Below are positions 37,523 to 51,059 of a stretch of DNA of 64,000 nucleotides, piece by piece. The stretch spans positions 90,520,001 to 90,584,000 of the forward strand of contig CM060731.1 of NCBI GenBank assembly GCA_030704615.1. Direction: 5' to 3'. This DNA comes from Takakia lepidozioides. Lineage: Eukaryota; Plantae; Bryophyta. Below the pieces are notes generated by a model, which saw only the letters and a program-made list of their open reading frames with translations, ran no database searches and was not told where the DNA came from. The first letter of the stretch is position 1. Each line of letters starts with the position of its first letter. The translations under genes and the position numbers were made by a program.

Positions 37523-38575
37523 CCTATTTTAAACCCTGCCACGGATGGAATCCGTCAGGGTAGAAGGATGTGTTCTACTGTTTTTCATCCACGGATGAAA
37601 AATCAGGGGAAAAAACCCTATGGTGTCTCTCCCGCTGTCAGAAGCACGCGATGTGCTTTTGAGTTCGCAGGGAGAGTGTTATGGCGGACGTGCTTTGGTG
37701 GCTGCCTCGTTTGTGGTGTCGTTCCCGTGCTGGACGAGCGCCTGGGGGGGGCGCAAAGGCGCGCCCTTGTCTCTCTTGCAGCGGGAAACTCTGTTGTGAA
37801 TGCAGTGGCATCTTCCTTCCTCTGGCTTTTAAGTTTAGCAAGGGCATTTGTGCTAGGAAGTCTCTCTCCCTCCTTTCTATTGCCTTGCGAGTTTGCCTGC
37901 TTTGCTTCATTGCTCATATGCTTTGTAGAGGCGGCTTGCTGCGGGTGATGATGGCGCATAACCCTCTTCCCCAATCGCTTAAGGTGCCTTTGGAGTTTAG
38001 GGATTCTCATGTTCTTATCTTCTTCTCTTGCTTTTGAGTTTCTTAGTTGACATCGATCACAATTGTGAGGGTCTGTGATTCACGCTGGGGTTCCACAATC
38101 CTCACTAATCCGTTGATTTTGTGGGGGCTTGTGATGGGACCAGGTGAGGATCCTCACCTACTTTGAAGTTTCTTGAGCATGCAGATTGGGATATGGGCTG
38201 AGGAGACCTATGGGTTTGTGCGCTATGAGGTGGCTGCTGCCTGCAGCCCCGATTTCAACCCGACTGCCCCTGGCTTGACATGCTACAGCCTGCGTTCTGG
38301 CCTTTGTCGTTCTGCCGCCGATGCGCAGCTCGGCCTGACTGGCCTGTTTCCTGAGACTTGCATACAAACCATACCCTACCTTTTGATCTTTGACAGCAAG
38401 GCCTGTGGATTATTAAGCTAGGTTGTAAGTTCTTTTGGCCAAAGAGGATCTGGTTTTTGGTGGTATGTTTTTTGGCGGTTTTGGTGTGTCTATGGACATG
38501 GTGGCCTTGAAGTTTATGGCGGCAGCCTGGTAGGGTACTGCCCTGCTCTTTTTCAGGTATTTTAGAATTATGGCT
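37523..38575 (+). repeat. Repeat family A, copy 5 (internal portion)
   Basis: Collinear with 27690-28720 (diverged) and close to the reverse complement of 1900-2291. Confidence 0.85.
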
Positions 38576-38759
38576 CACGCCTGCACATTGAAGACGCTAT
38601 TATCTTAAAATGAGAGGCGAATTATTTTGGGGATGTGTTGTAGACTATTTAATCATCCATTGTGCCAGACCTGTCCAGAATTGAACACCGGACCATGTCA
38701 TTACTGTTCATTGCATCCAACCACCACGCCACCTACTAATCTTTTAATGCTTAAATCTA

Positions 38760-39600
38760 TAATCTGTGCCTGGGGTGAGAGGGAAAGAGGGGGGATTTGA
38801 TAGCGGACCATCACAGATGTGTCGGCCGGAAAAGAAGGTGGGGGGGGGGAGAGGGGGGGGGGAGAGGGGGGGGTTGGGGGCTTTTGGGGCGGGGTATCAG
38901 CCCCGATTTTTGCAACGCACGTCCTCGCATGGCCGTCGAAATTCGCTATTTAGCGATGTATGGGGGTCGCTTTGGGACGGGGGGGACACCTCGCCCCCCT
39001 CTAACCGACGACCCGACGTCGCTTTTTGGCGATCCCCAGCGCCTCCATATAGCAACGCGCAGCCGTCGTTGCTTGCCAAGTGACGGCGTGGCCTGGGCGA
39101 CGGCTTGGCGTCGCTGCTTTCCATTTTTTAATTTATTTTTCTAAATGCCCCTGGGAAACACGTGGCACCAGCTGAGTTGCGACGCCCGAGCGTCGGCAGG
39201 CGGCAGGGCGGGGGTCCGGGCTGCGCCCCCGGGCGTCGCAACCTGCCATTTTTAAAAATGTAAAATTTAAAATTTAAAAATAAAAAAAACGTGGCGCCAT
39301 GGGGCGTTCCGACGCCCGAGGGTCGCCAGCCGGCAGGGTGGGTGCCTAGATTGTGACCCCATCCCATCGCAAGAAAAAAAAATCCGTCGCATGGGGGTTT
39401 GGGGTGGCGACGCCACACTGTTGCTGGAGGGCATGGTGGGGCTGGTGCTTGTGACCCCCGGGCGGCGCGAAGGCATGAGGGCGTCGCAAGGTTGCCTTCG
39501 ACGCCCAGGGTCGCCGGATATTTTGCATTGAATTGGGGCTGGAATTTTATTTTTTCCCTGGTTTTTTTGGGGGTGTTGGGAGACCTCAGAGCTTCCATTG
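38760..39600. repeat. GC-rich array of CGACGCC/GGCGTCG motifs; probable transposon end region
   Basis: About ten copies in both orientations, separated by A/T tracts. Confidence 0.55.
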
Positions 39601-40119
39601 CTCTGATCTAGCAGGCGCCTAGGTTTAGTTGACTGCATGAGTATGAGCAAGCATGAATTGAGGGTGAGGCCGGCACGGCACAAAATGAAACACAAGGTGA
39701 AAGATAGAAATCTATTTACAACAACAATGAGCTGAAATGTTTTGCTCACAAGGGTTCAGTAGGCTAACTCCGTGATCTACACTCTGACTAGGACTAGTCA
39801 TCCTCGGAATCATCGGAGCTATCCGATGAGCCTGATGACTCCTCGGAGGATGGTCTATCGGTACTACCCACCGGCTGGCCATGCGCCGGAGTACCTGAAA
39901 CATGTCCATGAACTCCCACAGAGCTCTCATCCAATCCCTGGTGATCATGACCCCCCCCCCCCCCCCCTCATCCATAGTGCCCTGTAATGCACTCCCCTCC
40001 GGGTTGGCCATGTTTTCATGAGGGATTGCCAACCATGCTCCTTGGTGTAGTTGTACTCTATCGGAGATGGCTTCCTCTTAAACGCGCGTTGATACACATG
40101 CCACAAAATAAAATCAGTT

Positions 40120-40123
<4 letters not shown>

Positions 40124-40167
<44 letters not shown>

Positions 40168-40497
40168 CTCCGGCAGAGGCCGGCGTAACTAAGAGCCACT
40201 TCGCCTTGCGGCTATTGCACCTTTTCGGGGGTGGGCCCTATAAGTAATGCGGGTGTCCAGGGGACACCGGGAACCTGGGGGTAGAGGTACCAAGGGGTAC
40301 GCTGGGGTATTGTGGGGGGCTATGGATTGGAGAGTGGGTTGGACTCTAGTTTCCGCTTGTTTGTAATGATAGTTGTGAGAGAGCGGAGGTTGTGAGGTGA
40401 ATTTCCTTAACGCATTTGTGGATAAGGGATATCGGGATATGGAAGTTATCGTGTAGTGCCGCTATGCTAGCACTATGGATACCTCCTCGAGTGCTGG
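40124..40497 (-). mobile_element. 3' end of a Dualen/RandI-like element with (TC)n tail or target
   Basis: Translates ASTRGGIHSASIAALHDNFHIPISLIHKCVKEIHL..TNKRKLESNP, homologous to 8983-9222. The 3' UTR matches 8848-8990 and is followed by a CT microsatellite. Confidence 0.85.
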
Positions 40498-43403
40498 CAT
40501 CTACCCACTTCCAGCCATGCTCCTTCGTTCTTGACTTCTCTCCTCTTACAAAGTATTGCCCTGGATTCACCATCGTACATTTCTCCATCTCTACTTCCAA
40601 TGACGCATAGGGCAATCCCAATGCCTCGCTCACAATATGCTCATTCAAGAATATTTTCTTCCCTAGCACTATACTCTCTCCTGAAGACAAGTTGTAATGC
40701 TCCATATACTCTATTTACAATTTCAGCGACGTTGGTGGCAGATCCTTCGACCATTTCAAGAATTTTAACACTCCTGCATTATACCAAACTTCTTCTTTTT
40801 CTCTATTGGGTAACAATAAGCTCACATCAATTCCTTCCAACTCTGCTGGTAGCACAACTCCCATTTTAACCAATTTTTTTCTTCCTGTCATCGTGCTCAC
40901 TACACTCTTCTTCGCTCTTTCTGTTGCTTAAGTTTCCAATATTTAATTTCGTCTATGCCCAATTAGACTCTCTATCATTCACAGTTTAGTATGCTATCGC
41001 TCAGCTGAAGGAAGACAATGAAGTGGTAGTTATAACCGCCCCGCTCCTAACTTACACTATACCTAGTATAAATAAATCACTCCCTATCAAAAATAAATAA
41101 ATACACCCAAATGATAAATAAATATACCCAATAATCAACCCCATTTCCTAACATTGGGCCGTCTCGGGGTTAATGATAATATAACTTAATACGATCTCCA
41201 TTTATCCGGGTAGGTAGTGGAGCCCCATCCCAGGTAACCAATTGAACTGATCCATTAGAAAATACTTCTATGACTCGATAAAGACCTAACCAACGCATTT
41301 TTAATTTCCCAAGAAATTTTGTAACGCATGCCTACGAATTTCATCCAATTGTTCTAAGCGTATTAAACGGGCTTGTGAAGACTCGTCACCAGAAAGACGT
41401 TCAGCTATCGCAATGCATAAGGTTGGGAGTTCCAATTCTATCGGTATGATAGCTTCCAATCCGTAGACCAATTGGAATGGGGTATATCCTGTAGTCGTTT
41501 TAAAAGTTGTTCGATATGCCCAAAGCGCACCAAAAAGTTTAGTGTCCCAATCAGTACCAACACCCATGACTGTGCGAGTTAAAATGCCGCATAATAGCCC
41601 ATTGGTTCGTTCTGTCTGTCCATTGGCTCGAGGACGATAAGGAGTAGTCTTTCGATGTTTAATCACATATCGTTCTGTCAATTGAGCAATTGTAGCATTT
41701 AGGAAATGGGTACCACGATCGCTAATCAATTCCAATGGACAGCCAAATCTGGATAATATATTTTCACACAAAAATTGGGCTACAACTTTAGCAGTATCAG
41801 TTCGAGTGGCTTGAGCCTCAGCCCATTTTGTGACATATTCAGTAGCCACCAATATGTACCGTTTGTGTCCATTACGAGAAGCTGGAGCAATGGGGCCTAC
41901 AAAATCCATACCCCATTTCTCAAAAGGAGCTTGTGCTAAAATAGGAACCAATGGCATTGAACTGGAACGTATGGGTTTTCCAACTCGCTGACACGCATCA
42001 CATCTGCGCACCCACTCAAAAGCATCCTTGAACATTGTGGGCCACCAATATCCTGCCAATAAAGCCTTCCTTCCAGTAGAATCTCCTGCAAAATGGCCTC
42101 CACACGCATCAGCATGGCAGCCTTCCAATACTGCTGGGACCTCTGCCGCCGTCACACAGCGCCGCAATACTTGATCTTTCCCCAACTTGTACAAAGTACC
42201 ACCCAAGATTGTGTATGGCAACGCCTTCTCGACCAGTCGTCTCTGTTCTCTAAGAGATGACCCCTCTGGATACGCTTGAATCGATAAATAATTAAAAATA
42301 TCAGCATATTCGCCGTTAATAACATCCACCACAAAAAGATCGGCATCTGGCAAAGCATCATCAATAGGCTCTACTCCAAGCTCTTGCGACAATCGACTTA
42401 AATGATCAGCATTAAGGTGTTGTCGACCCGGACGAACAACCACTGTATATGTAAATTCTTGTAGCAATATAATCCATTGAGCAATCCTCCCACTCAATTG
42501 AGGTTTATTTACCAAATATTTTAAGGCATCATGATCAACATGGAAGACAATAAATAATGTCGAAACTTTTGAACGGAATAAATCATTCCTAAAGCTTCTC
42601 TTCCGTGGTGGTATAATTAGTCTCAGCAGCAACCATCTGCCTGCTAGCAAAATAAATGGGGTGGTCAAAAGACTTCTCATCCTTTTGACTCAAAATGCTT
42701 CCAATAGCATAGTTGGATGCATCAACATAAACTTGAAACTCTTTCTTCCAATCAGGCGGTACCAATATCGGAGCTTTGGTTAAACGAAATTTAAGATCAT
42801 GAAAAGCTTGGGTACAATCATCCGTCCATACAGGCTCTTCATCTTTCCATAAAAGTTTTGTCAATGGGGAAGCTTTGACAACATACCTATAAATGAAACG
42901 ACGGTAACGTCCTGTGTGACCCAAAAAAGCTCTAACTTGAGTAACAGCAGTAGGAATGGGCAATTGCACAATAATCTCCACCTTTTCCGGATCCATGGAA
43001 ATTCCATTGATTGACACAATATGGCCCAATAGTCTGCCCTTAGTAACCAAAAATTTGCATTTACCAGCATTAAGAGATATACCATACTCCTTACATTTCT
43101 CAAAACACAAATTTTGCAACATCTCTGCATGGGTACTTCGGCTATTATAAACACAAAAGTCATCCAAGAAAATTTCCATAAACACCCTCAAATAATCTTT
43201 GAAAAGCAGCGGTCATCACTCTTTGAAATGTAGCTAGTGCATTGCATAGCCCAAAAGGCATTACCTTATAGGCAAAAGTTCCCCAATCAGTAGTAAATGT
43301 GGTTTTGGGTCGATCTTCTTCTGCAATGGATATTTGGTTATATCCAGAGAACCCATCTAAGAAGAATAGCACTCATGTCCAGCAACTGCATCCAAAATAC
43401 TAT
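40498..43403 (-). mobile_element. pol: Non-chromovirus Ty3/gypsy pol (RT, RNase H, integrase) plus start of a downstream accessory ORF
   Basis: LDGFSGYNQI, MPFGLCNA, IFLDDF, YVDASNYAIG, HHCC finger, WGMDFVGP, ISDRGTHF, NGQTERTN, and RWLGLY (GPY/F-like) to about 41171. Accessory ORF at 40900-40498. Frameshifted. Confidence 0.92.
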
Positions 43404-43434
43404 CCCGCTCAGAACAATCAGTCATGACCTACAA

Positions 43435-44695
43435 TGTCGCGCACCTCACTCCGGTAAGCTCCCCTTCAAGTCATAATTACTCGCTTTGATGTGCGCGCCT
43501 AACTCCCAACCTGGCCGCCGGGCCAACTCGGAGCTTTGGCTGCTCACCGGGACATAACGGTCCCCCTTTTCTCCCCCAACAGACCCTCCACCAATTTGGG
43601 CCTAGAGGAAATTCCCTTTGGTAGATGGCAGTCCGGAATAGCTCCCCACTTCTTGGTCGCTTTTCGGCTCGCTCGCTTACTCACTAGTTTTTGGTCACCA
43701 ACGGGCTTGCACCGTTCTCGGGGTTACTACTCCCTATATATACTTCTGTGACTGTCCGCAGGGGTTTCACAAACAACCATGTCATTTTATGGCGAACCAC
43801 CACGAAGACCTCGATTCCCGGTGATGAGTCGCGGTGAGTCTTGGCCCACCCACCACGGTCCCATTGGACCGTGATGAGTCCCAAGACTCCCCACGCCTCC
43901 CACCACAAGGTCTCCGCCCCATGGTGAGTCCTATGCCACCCCCACTAAGTCCCGCTAAGCTACCACCACCCCTTGTGGAGCCACCCCCACCGCAACTCGA
44001 TGTGCGGGGCTCCACCTAGTGAGCACCTCCGCCTCCTTGAGTGCCTTGGGCACTCAAGGGTGCTTCAGCCCCCCGAACCTATCCCTGCCACTGCCCCCAC
44101 CATAGGGGCAGCCCCTCTTGCGTTCCGACCCCCTGCCCTCAAGGCAAAGGGCCGCGACACACACCCCTACCAACAGGGAGTCGATGTCCTCATCGACTTG
44201 TCCATTTTGTAGAAACGAACATCCAAGTTGTGGCGTCCCACATCAAGGAGTTTGTTTCCGCACCATGGCGTCCCATGGCAAAGAACCAAACCCCACACTT
44301 GACTCTACTCTCCACTAGCTAGGCCAAGCATGCATTTCCTCCCCCACGATCCAAGGTTGATGTCCCCATCAACGTTTCTTCCGCTTTTGAGGTCGCCCTT
44401 TGAAAGCTGCAACCGCCTCGGATGCGTTTCCCATTTCCGAGGCACGCACCCAAGATGCCTCCACATGATGATAGCCCTTCCATTTCACGAGATACTCTGT
44501 TTCTCGATTCTTGAACCTCCTCGACTTAAGCACTGCCTCCGCCTCGTACTCAGGTTCATTTTCATGATCCAACAGCACAGGTGGCGGACGCAACACTTGA
44601 TGCCGATTCAGACGTGCTTCATCTTTGAAGTACAACTTCAAAAGGGAGACATGGAATATCGGATGCACCTTGCTATTTGCAAGCAGCTCCAATTA
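43435..44695 (-). mobile_element. 3' end of the Galadriel-like chromovirus (integrase C-terminus, chromodomain, 3' LTR 43435-44159)
   Basis: VHPIFHVSLLK and chromodomain in ORF 44369-44692. The LTR is the reverse complement of 25114-25846 with the same termini. Confidence 0.92.
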
Positions 44696-44699
44696 TGTG

Positions 44700-45680
44700 T
44701 CTTCCAGCAGTGGAAGCCCAAGAGTTTCCAGATCGCCATCGTCTTCAAGCGGGGATTCCGTGCGAGAATCCCCACCGCTCGCTTGCCCCAGATTCCGCCC
44801 CCTGTTATGCAGTATGGCCAAGCCATTGTGGAGACGACTGTGTCTGCGTCACAGTGGAGAATTGCTCGCACAAAGCCGTCGTTTTGAGGTAGGTGTTCCG
44901 CAATTCGAGTGGATACACGGCAACGTTGTTTAGAGATGATAAGGAAGAATCCAGATGGGGCTGTCCCTGCTCCTACTTTTACAGGAAGATTTGTCCATGC
45001 AAAGTTTGCGGAGGCGACAACCACCCAGTTTTGGTTCTGCAGGCACGACATTATGACTTGCGTGTATGGAAAGCCCAAGTACGGCATACAAACAATGCCA
45101 GAGGCTCCCCCGGTGTGGCCGGTGGAACCAGGCTGCGATCTGAGTCAGGTTGAGGCCGACGCCGTTACCGCCGCAAGATTTCGGATGGTGCAGCGCACTA
45201 ACGTCCCCAGACAACCATTTCCGCTTCCACAGCCTCCACCACCGACCCCTATGAGAGCAAGAACAATGGGACACGACAGCTCTAAGCAACCTACACACCG
45301 TTGGGGGAAACCGAAGAGGCGGCGACCTCCCTCAAAAGTGAACAAGACAAGGATGGGGAATGCACTTCGGATGAACTGTACAATCCAGAGCTCGACAGAA
45401 GTGCCCCCACCAGGCTTCGGGTGTGTGTATCAGATGGCCACAGCAGGCTCAGCTGTTCGCAATGTACACCATCACCATTTCAGAATTACCGACCTGCAAT
45501 TACACCGACTTCCAGATCATGGCGAACAAGGGGGCATCATACTGCCCTTGCAAGCATCTGTACTACGTGTACCTAAAGAGACTCCGGTGTAATTCCACAA
45601 CTCATCACTTCATACATGCACTAGGGTTGAGCCCCCAAGAGGTGCACACTCTTTTGAATAGGGATCCAGGGGACCAGTGA
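44700..45680 (+). pseudogene. Second SWIM zinc-finger protein, diverged paralogue of 2292-3437
   Basis: PAPTFTG, FWFCRHD, PPVWPVEPG, and YTITISELPTCNY...CPCKHLYYV...FIH..GLSPQEVHTLL. Frameshifted. Confidence 0.72.
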
Positions 45681-46259
45681 GCTTGGCTTGCGGTCCCAAC
45701 ACAATGGTACGCCCATCCTTTTCGGATAGTAGAACTGTACTGCTGCAAGTAGCTCTGACTCTAGCCACAGAAAGGTCCGACTTATGTCTTGCCTACCAGT
45801 AACCTGTTTTGCTCGAACTAAGATAATACTATGTCATTCCTTTGTGTTTCCACGTGCATGTATTTTTGTGTGTTGGAGGGTTCCTATTTTTCTGCTCTCC
45901 CAAACTTTGCTTTCCTCATTCGACCCCCGGCAAGGAAATGCGGCGCCGTATTTCCAAGTAACGTCGTAGGTACTGGTAGATGCGGCCTTCGCCAACACCA
46001 AACCGCCCAGAAATTTCGTACGTGCGAACCCTAAAGCGGCACCGCATTTCCCAGTTGAGTCGCAAACCTTTCCCGCCAAATACCCGAAGATGACATAATT
46101 GTGAAGTACTGCAGACTCTATTGGTGCAGACTCTATTGGTTCAATCGCGGCAAAAGGGTCAGCTTCATTCCAATGTTAAGGCATGTAAAACCGCGGAATA
46201 CTCTATACAGGCCAGTATGCGACATCCTTTTGCCGTGGTATACTGGATTTCTCGTTGCA

Positions 46260-46520
46260 CGGTCACTCATTTCCATGAGCGGATCTAAAAAACCATGAGC
46301 GGACTTGTTACTGACGACATATCTTCGCCGCATTACAGGATTTGGAACTTCCCAAAATGGCAAGGTCAAATTAAAAACTATTATTTTAATACTTGTTTAA
46401 ATTGCCGCATTTCCAAATTTGGAGGAGTCCGCTCATGAAATCCGCGTGTCTTAGACTTCGGCTCACCGCTCATGCGGCTCATGCGGCTCATGGCTCATGG
46501 CTCATGGTTTCTGCTCATGA
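46260..46520. repeat. GCTCATG / CATGAGC motif array
   Basis: Tandem gctcatg units at 46468-46519 with inverted copies upstream. Confidence 0.65.
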
Positions 46521-46535
46521 AATAGTAAACCTCAT

Positions 46536-47295
46536 ATGGGAATGAATGAAGAGAATAAGGAAAAAGCTAAGCAAGATAGAGCTGAGAGAGTAGAAAGATA
46601 TGCAGCAGAAAAGGAAGCTCGATTGAGAGTAAAATTCCCAGAGCTACAGAATCTTAATATTCTTCAAGGAGAAACATCAGGGCGAGCTGACACTAATAAT
46701 CCTAAAGATCGGGAAATCAGATCTCCAGAAACTGAGAATACCACACCTGAAGGAGCTGCGAGTAATACACTCAACGAATGGTTACCACAAGAAAGATCTA
46801 AAGTACCTTCCACAGTAACAAGCCCAAATCGAGGTTTTGCGGAATTATTGGAGGAAAAATTTGAGGATCTTTTAAGTGAAAAAGGCGAAAGAATTGAAAC
46901 TGCTTCTCCAGAGAAAGTAACCAGAACAACACTCAAAGCTTTTAAAGATTCATTAAGTTCAGTTGGGACAGCAGCTAGCAGGCGGCTATCCTTGGGACAA
47001 GGGCCTCCTAGTTTCGAGTCTCTCTTTGGAAGACAGACACCAGCAACACCACTAATATTGACAATCCCAACACCAACATCGTCAACAGCAGTTGGACCAT
47101 TTCAGTTTGGACAACCTGCAGCACCGGTTGCACCTGCAGCACCAATGGCTCTGGCAGCAAGCAAAACCCGACCACCATTTCCTTTGTATGATGGGAAATC
47201 TGATCGAGAGATCAATCTTAATCAATTTGAGAACATGTGCACTATTTACAATGAAGCCACGGATCAGGAAAAGATCTGATTGTTTCCGTGTTCAA
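46536..47295 (+). mobile_element. gag: gag N-terminal fragment, interrupted by an LTR at 47296
   Basis: RPPFPLYDGKSD...NQFENMC...LFPCS, homologous to the gag at 60869-61780. Confidence 0.75.
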
Positions 47296-47707
47296 TGTTG
47301 AGCGGCTTTTACTCACCCATCCCTTAGCTATCCGAGGTGGAAACTCCAAGATAGAAGAGTTGGATATCTCTAAGTACTCCTCCCGCTCAAAACAATCAGT
47401 CATGACCTACAACTAGTGTATCATGGGGGTGCTTCCCTATATCTATCCCTTCTTGCATTCATATTTAGTAAGTTACCTTACTGCCTAGGTTTAAGTAACA
47501 CATTGCTTCTGCCATCTACTGTGGTGTGAAAGAAAGGGGCAAAACATTTCCCCACGACATTCACCTCAAGTCACCAGAGTACCATTCCGTCCCACCCATG
47601 CCGCAGCGGAAGAGAAGACACATGTAGGACACATATCCGTCACAGATAATCAACTGCCTTGCATGTGATCACGCATGCTACAAAACACCCAGCATAGCCT
47701 TCACACA
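47296..47707 (-). repeat. 3' LTR of a non-chromovirus gypsy element, with PPT at 47708-47716
   Basis: On the minus strand AAGGGGGAA is followed by TG...CTCAACA. Its terminal ~150 bp match the end of LTR 59249-60259. Confidence 0.75.
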
Positions 47708-47887
47708 TTCCCCCTTGAAAGGTGGGCCTTGCCCGTGAAGAGCCATCACCCTCTTGTATTCATGGCACCCCTTCAAACAGCCTGATCGAACTACTTGAGC
47801 CTACCCGACATCAGCTCATTTTCTCTCACTTTCTCTCATCTTTTACCTCTCAAGTCCAAGGATCAGATCCAAATACACTCTTCCGTT

Positions 47888-50140
47888 ACAAAAAGAAGGA
47901 TCCATTCCCTTTGCCATTCATAGAAGCTGTGCTTGTTACTGTAGCAGGCCATGAGATGTACTTATTCATGGATGGTTTCAGTGGGTATAACCAAGTACAA
48001 GTAGCTGAAGAAGACCAAAGAAAGACTGCTTTCATCATAGACTGGGGTGCTTATGCATACAAAGTCATGTCTTTTGGACTATGTAATGCACCAACAACTT
48101 TCCATAGAGTGATTAGTGAATCTTTCCATGAGTACTTGGATGATTTCATGCAAGTATTCTTAGATGACTTCAGTGTTTACAGCTCTAAGAATGAGCACTT
48201 GCAGAAATTGGAATTGTGTTTGGCCAGATGCAGGATGAGAGGTCTTGGGCTGAATCCAGAAAAAACTTTTAGTAGTACTTTCTATGTGAACTCAGGAGTT
48301 CTTTTCGGACACATTGTGTGTCAGAAAGGGCTGCTTGTAGATCCTAGAAAGACAGAGGCTATTAAAGCCTCACCACCACCAAGTAATATTAAGGCTCTAA
48401 GTAACAACTACATGTGTGCTGATTAACCCACGTTGGCATATGGTATTTCATGTACACTGTGATGCCTCAGAATAAGCATCGGGGGCTGTGTTAGCCCAAA
48501 ATGTCACAAGAAACATAGATTCACCTGTGTATTATGCTAGCAGACTGTTGAACAGTGCTGAAAGGAACTATAGCACCACCAAAAAAGAAGCTTTGGAAAT
48601 GATTTATTCAGTCAAGAAGTTCAGGCATTATTTGTTGGGAAGGAAGTTTATGTTCTATGTGGATCATCTAGCTCTGATTTATTTGGTGAACAAGCCTTTG
48701 ATAAGTGGAAGGATAGCAAGATGGCTGATTATAGTGCATGAGTTTGAATTCAAAGTTGTTTACAAGCCTGGACATTTGCATCTTGTGGCAGATCACTTGT
48801 CACGCCTTTCAACAGGAGAGCCCGCCACAAGAGTAGACGATCAACTGCCTGATGCAAGTTTATTTGTAGTGGAAGTGGGAGTAGATGATTGGTTAGATTG
48901 GCAGTGGCCAATCAGATACTACCTTGCTCATGGACAGTGCCCACCCAGTTATGGAAAGGAGCAGAGGAAGAGAAGAGCTATCAAGGCATTACCATACACT
49001 ATGATAGGAGGAAGATTGTATAAGCTAGGACCTGATGGAGTTTTGAAAAGATGCTTGTACCACCATGAAGTTAATAAAGTTTTGGAGGAAGTTCATTAAG
49101 GAGTGGCTGGGGGCCATTTTGGAGAAGAGACTACCAGTAGGAAAATATTACTTGCAGGTTACTGGTGGCCTACTTTGTTTAAAGATGTACACAAGTATTG
49201 CAAGAGCTGTGATGAGTGCCAAAGGCTAGGACCTTTGCAAAGATCTGAAAAGATGGCTTTGCATCCTACAATGCCTATTGAACATTCCAGAAATGAGGAT
49301 TGGACTTTGTTGGGCCAATCAATCCACCAGCCAGGAATACACAGAACAAATATATAATCACAACCACTGATTATACCACAAAATGGGTGGAAGCTAAGGC
49401 TCTGAGGGACAACACAGCTAAGTCCACATCAAGGTTTCTTTATGAGAACATCATAACAAGATTTGGCTGTCCCTTAGAGTTTATCAGTGATCAAGGAACT
49501 CATTTCATTAATGAGACCATTGAACTGTTGACTAAGGAGTTCGTGATTGTGCACATGAAGAGTACAACCTATTACCTACAGGGCAATGGGCAGGCAGAGG
49601 CCACCAACAAGATATTGTGCACTATCTTGGCTAAGATAGTCAATGCTAACCGAACAGACTGGGATACAAAGCTGTTAACAGCTTTGTGGTCTTACAAGAC
49701 TTGATACAAAGTTACCACGAGGTATACACCATTCCAATTAGTCTATGGCATGGAAGCTTTACTTCCAGTGGAATTCTTATTACCTACCATGAGAACTGAA
49801 TGGGGAAGGAGAATGGAATTGGAAGATTCAATTAAAGTAAGGAAACATGAACTATATCATGTGGAAGAAGTGCGTGTTGATGCAGCAGATAACATGGCCA
49901 GAATACAGATGAAAAGAAAGAATCGATTTGATAAAGGCAAACTGAAGACTTTTAAGACAGGTGATTTGGTACTATGGTTGCACAAGAAGGGAAAGATTAA
50001 AGCTTCTAAGCTTAAATCACCATGGAAAGGACCTTATGTCATACAAAAGATGTATGATAACAACACAACTATGTTACAAACCATTAACAAAGAGATGCTT
50101 GGTAGAGTTAATGCCAATAAGTTGAAGGGATACAATGGTA
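47888..50140 (+). mobile_element. pol: Gypsy pol, C-terminal part (RT from KKDPFPLPF, RNase H, integrase with GPY)
   Basis: MDGFSGYNQ, VFLDDF, YYASRLL, GGHFG...CDECQR, DFVGP, ISDQGTHF and WKGPY. Contains stops and frameshifts. Confidence 0.92.
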
Positions 50141-51059
50141 TCCATGATAGACCATTGCAACATGATTTGCATCTTGAAACACAGAAGCAGTCACAGACTA
50201 CACAAGTAGCAAAGCACTTGTCATAACGCCGAATGTGTATGGCCATAGCAGAGAACACAGGTGTTCACACAGCCAACACAACCTACCACAGTTTGTCATA
50301 GCTTGTCACAGCCCATCACAGGCAACACAACCTACACAGGTTGCACAGTCCATGGGCGCAGTGACAGGTGGACACGAGTTAACGTCAGTAAAGTGGCCGG
50401 TAAGTATAAAGACAGTTTGGGAGTCAAACTTGGAGAACGTGTCATGGGGACAGAAGGAGACGGGAGAGTGTTTGAATTCAAATACGTGGCCTAAGGGACG
50501 AAGCACTCCGCATTCAATAACGAACGCCATCACACAAAAAGACAAACAGGGCCGTCAAAGTACCTACCTGGTACATCAGCCGAAACTTATCACGAGCCCA
50601 TTAATGCATCAAGAAGACAGGTAACGGAACACTTTACGCGTCCGGCCAAGGGGAACCTTTGCCACATATGTAGTCTTACTGGTCATTCTAAGATGGAATG
50701 TGAACAGAATAGGGTAAAAATGAAAAATTACCTAACGAGGCAACGACCAATCAGCAATGTGAATTTTGTGCAAGAGACTCCATTCAAGAAACAAGAACAA
50801 GAAATTAAGAAGATTATGAGCGGAAGAATGGGTGTTACCCCGGATAACCAGTGTCTCGACAGGAGGGGCAATCAAAGCTATAGCTTTGTAGCTATGGCGG
50901 ATATCACGGACTATACACTAGCTCTACTTCTTACGCAGTGGCGCAAGGAAGGACAGGATGAAAGTACTTTCTCTCTCACTCACTGTTTGCAAGCCCCGCA
51001 GGGTTACACCCACCTATCTGTTCCATTATGTGCTAATCACATTTTCATGCTATATGCAT

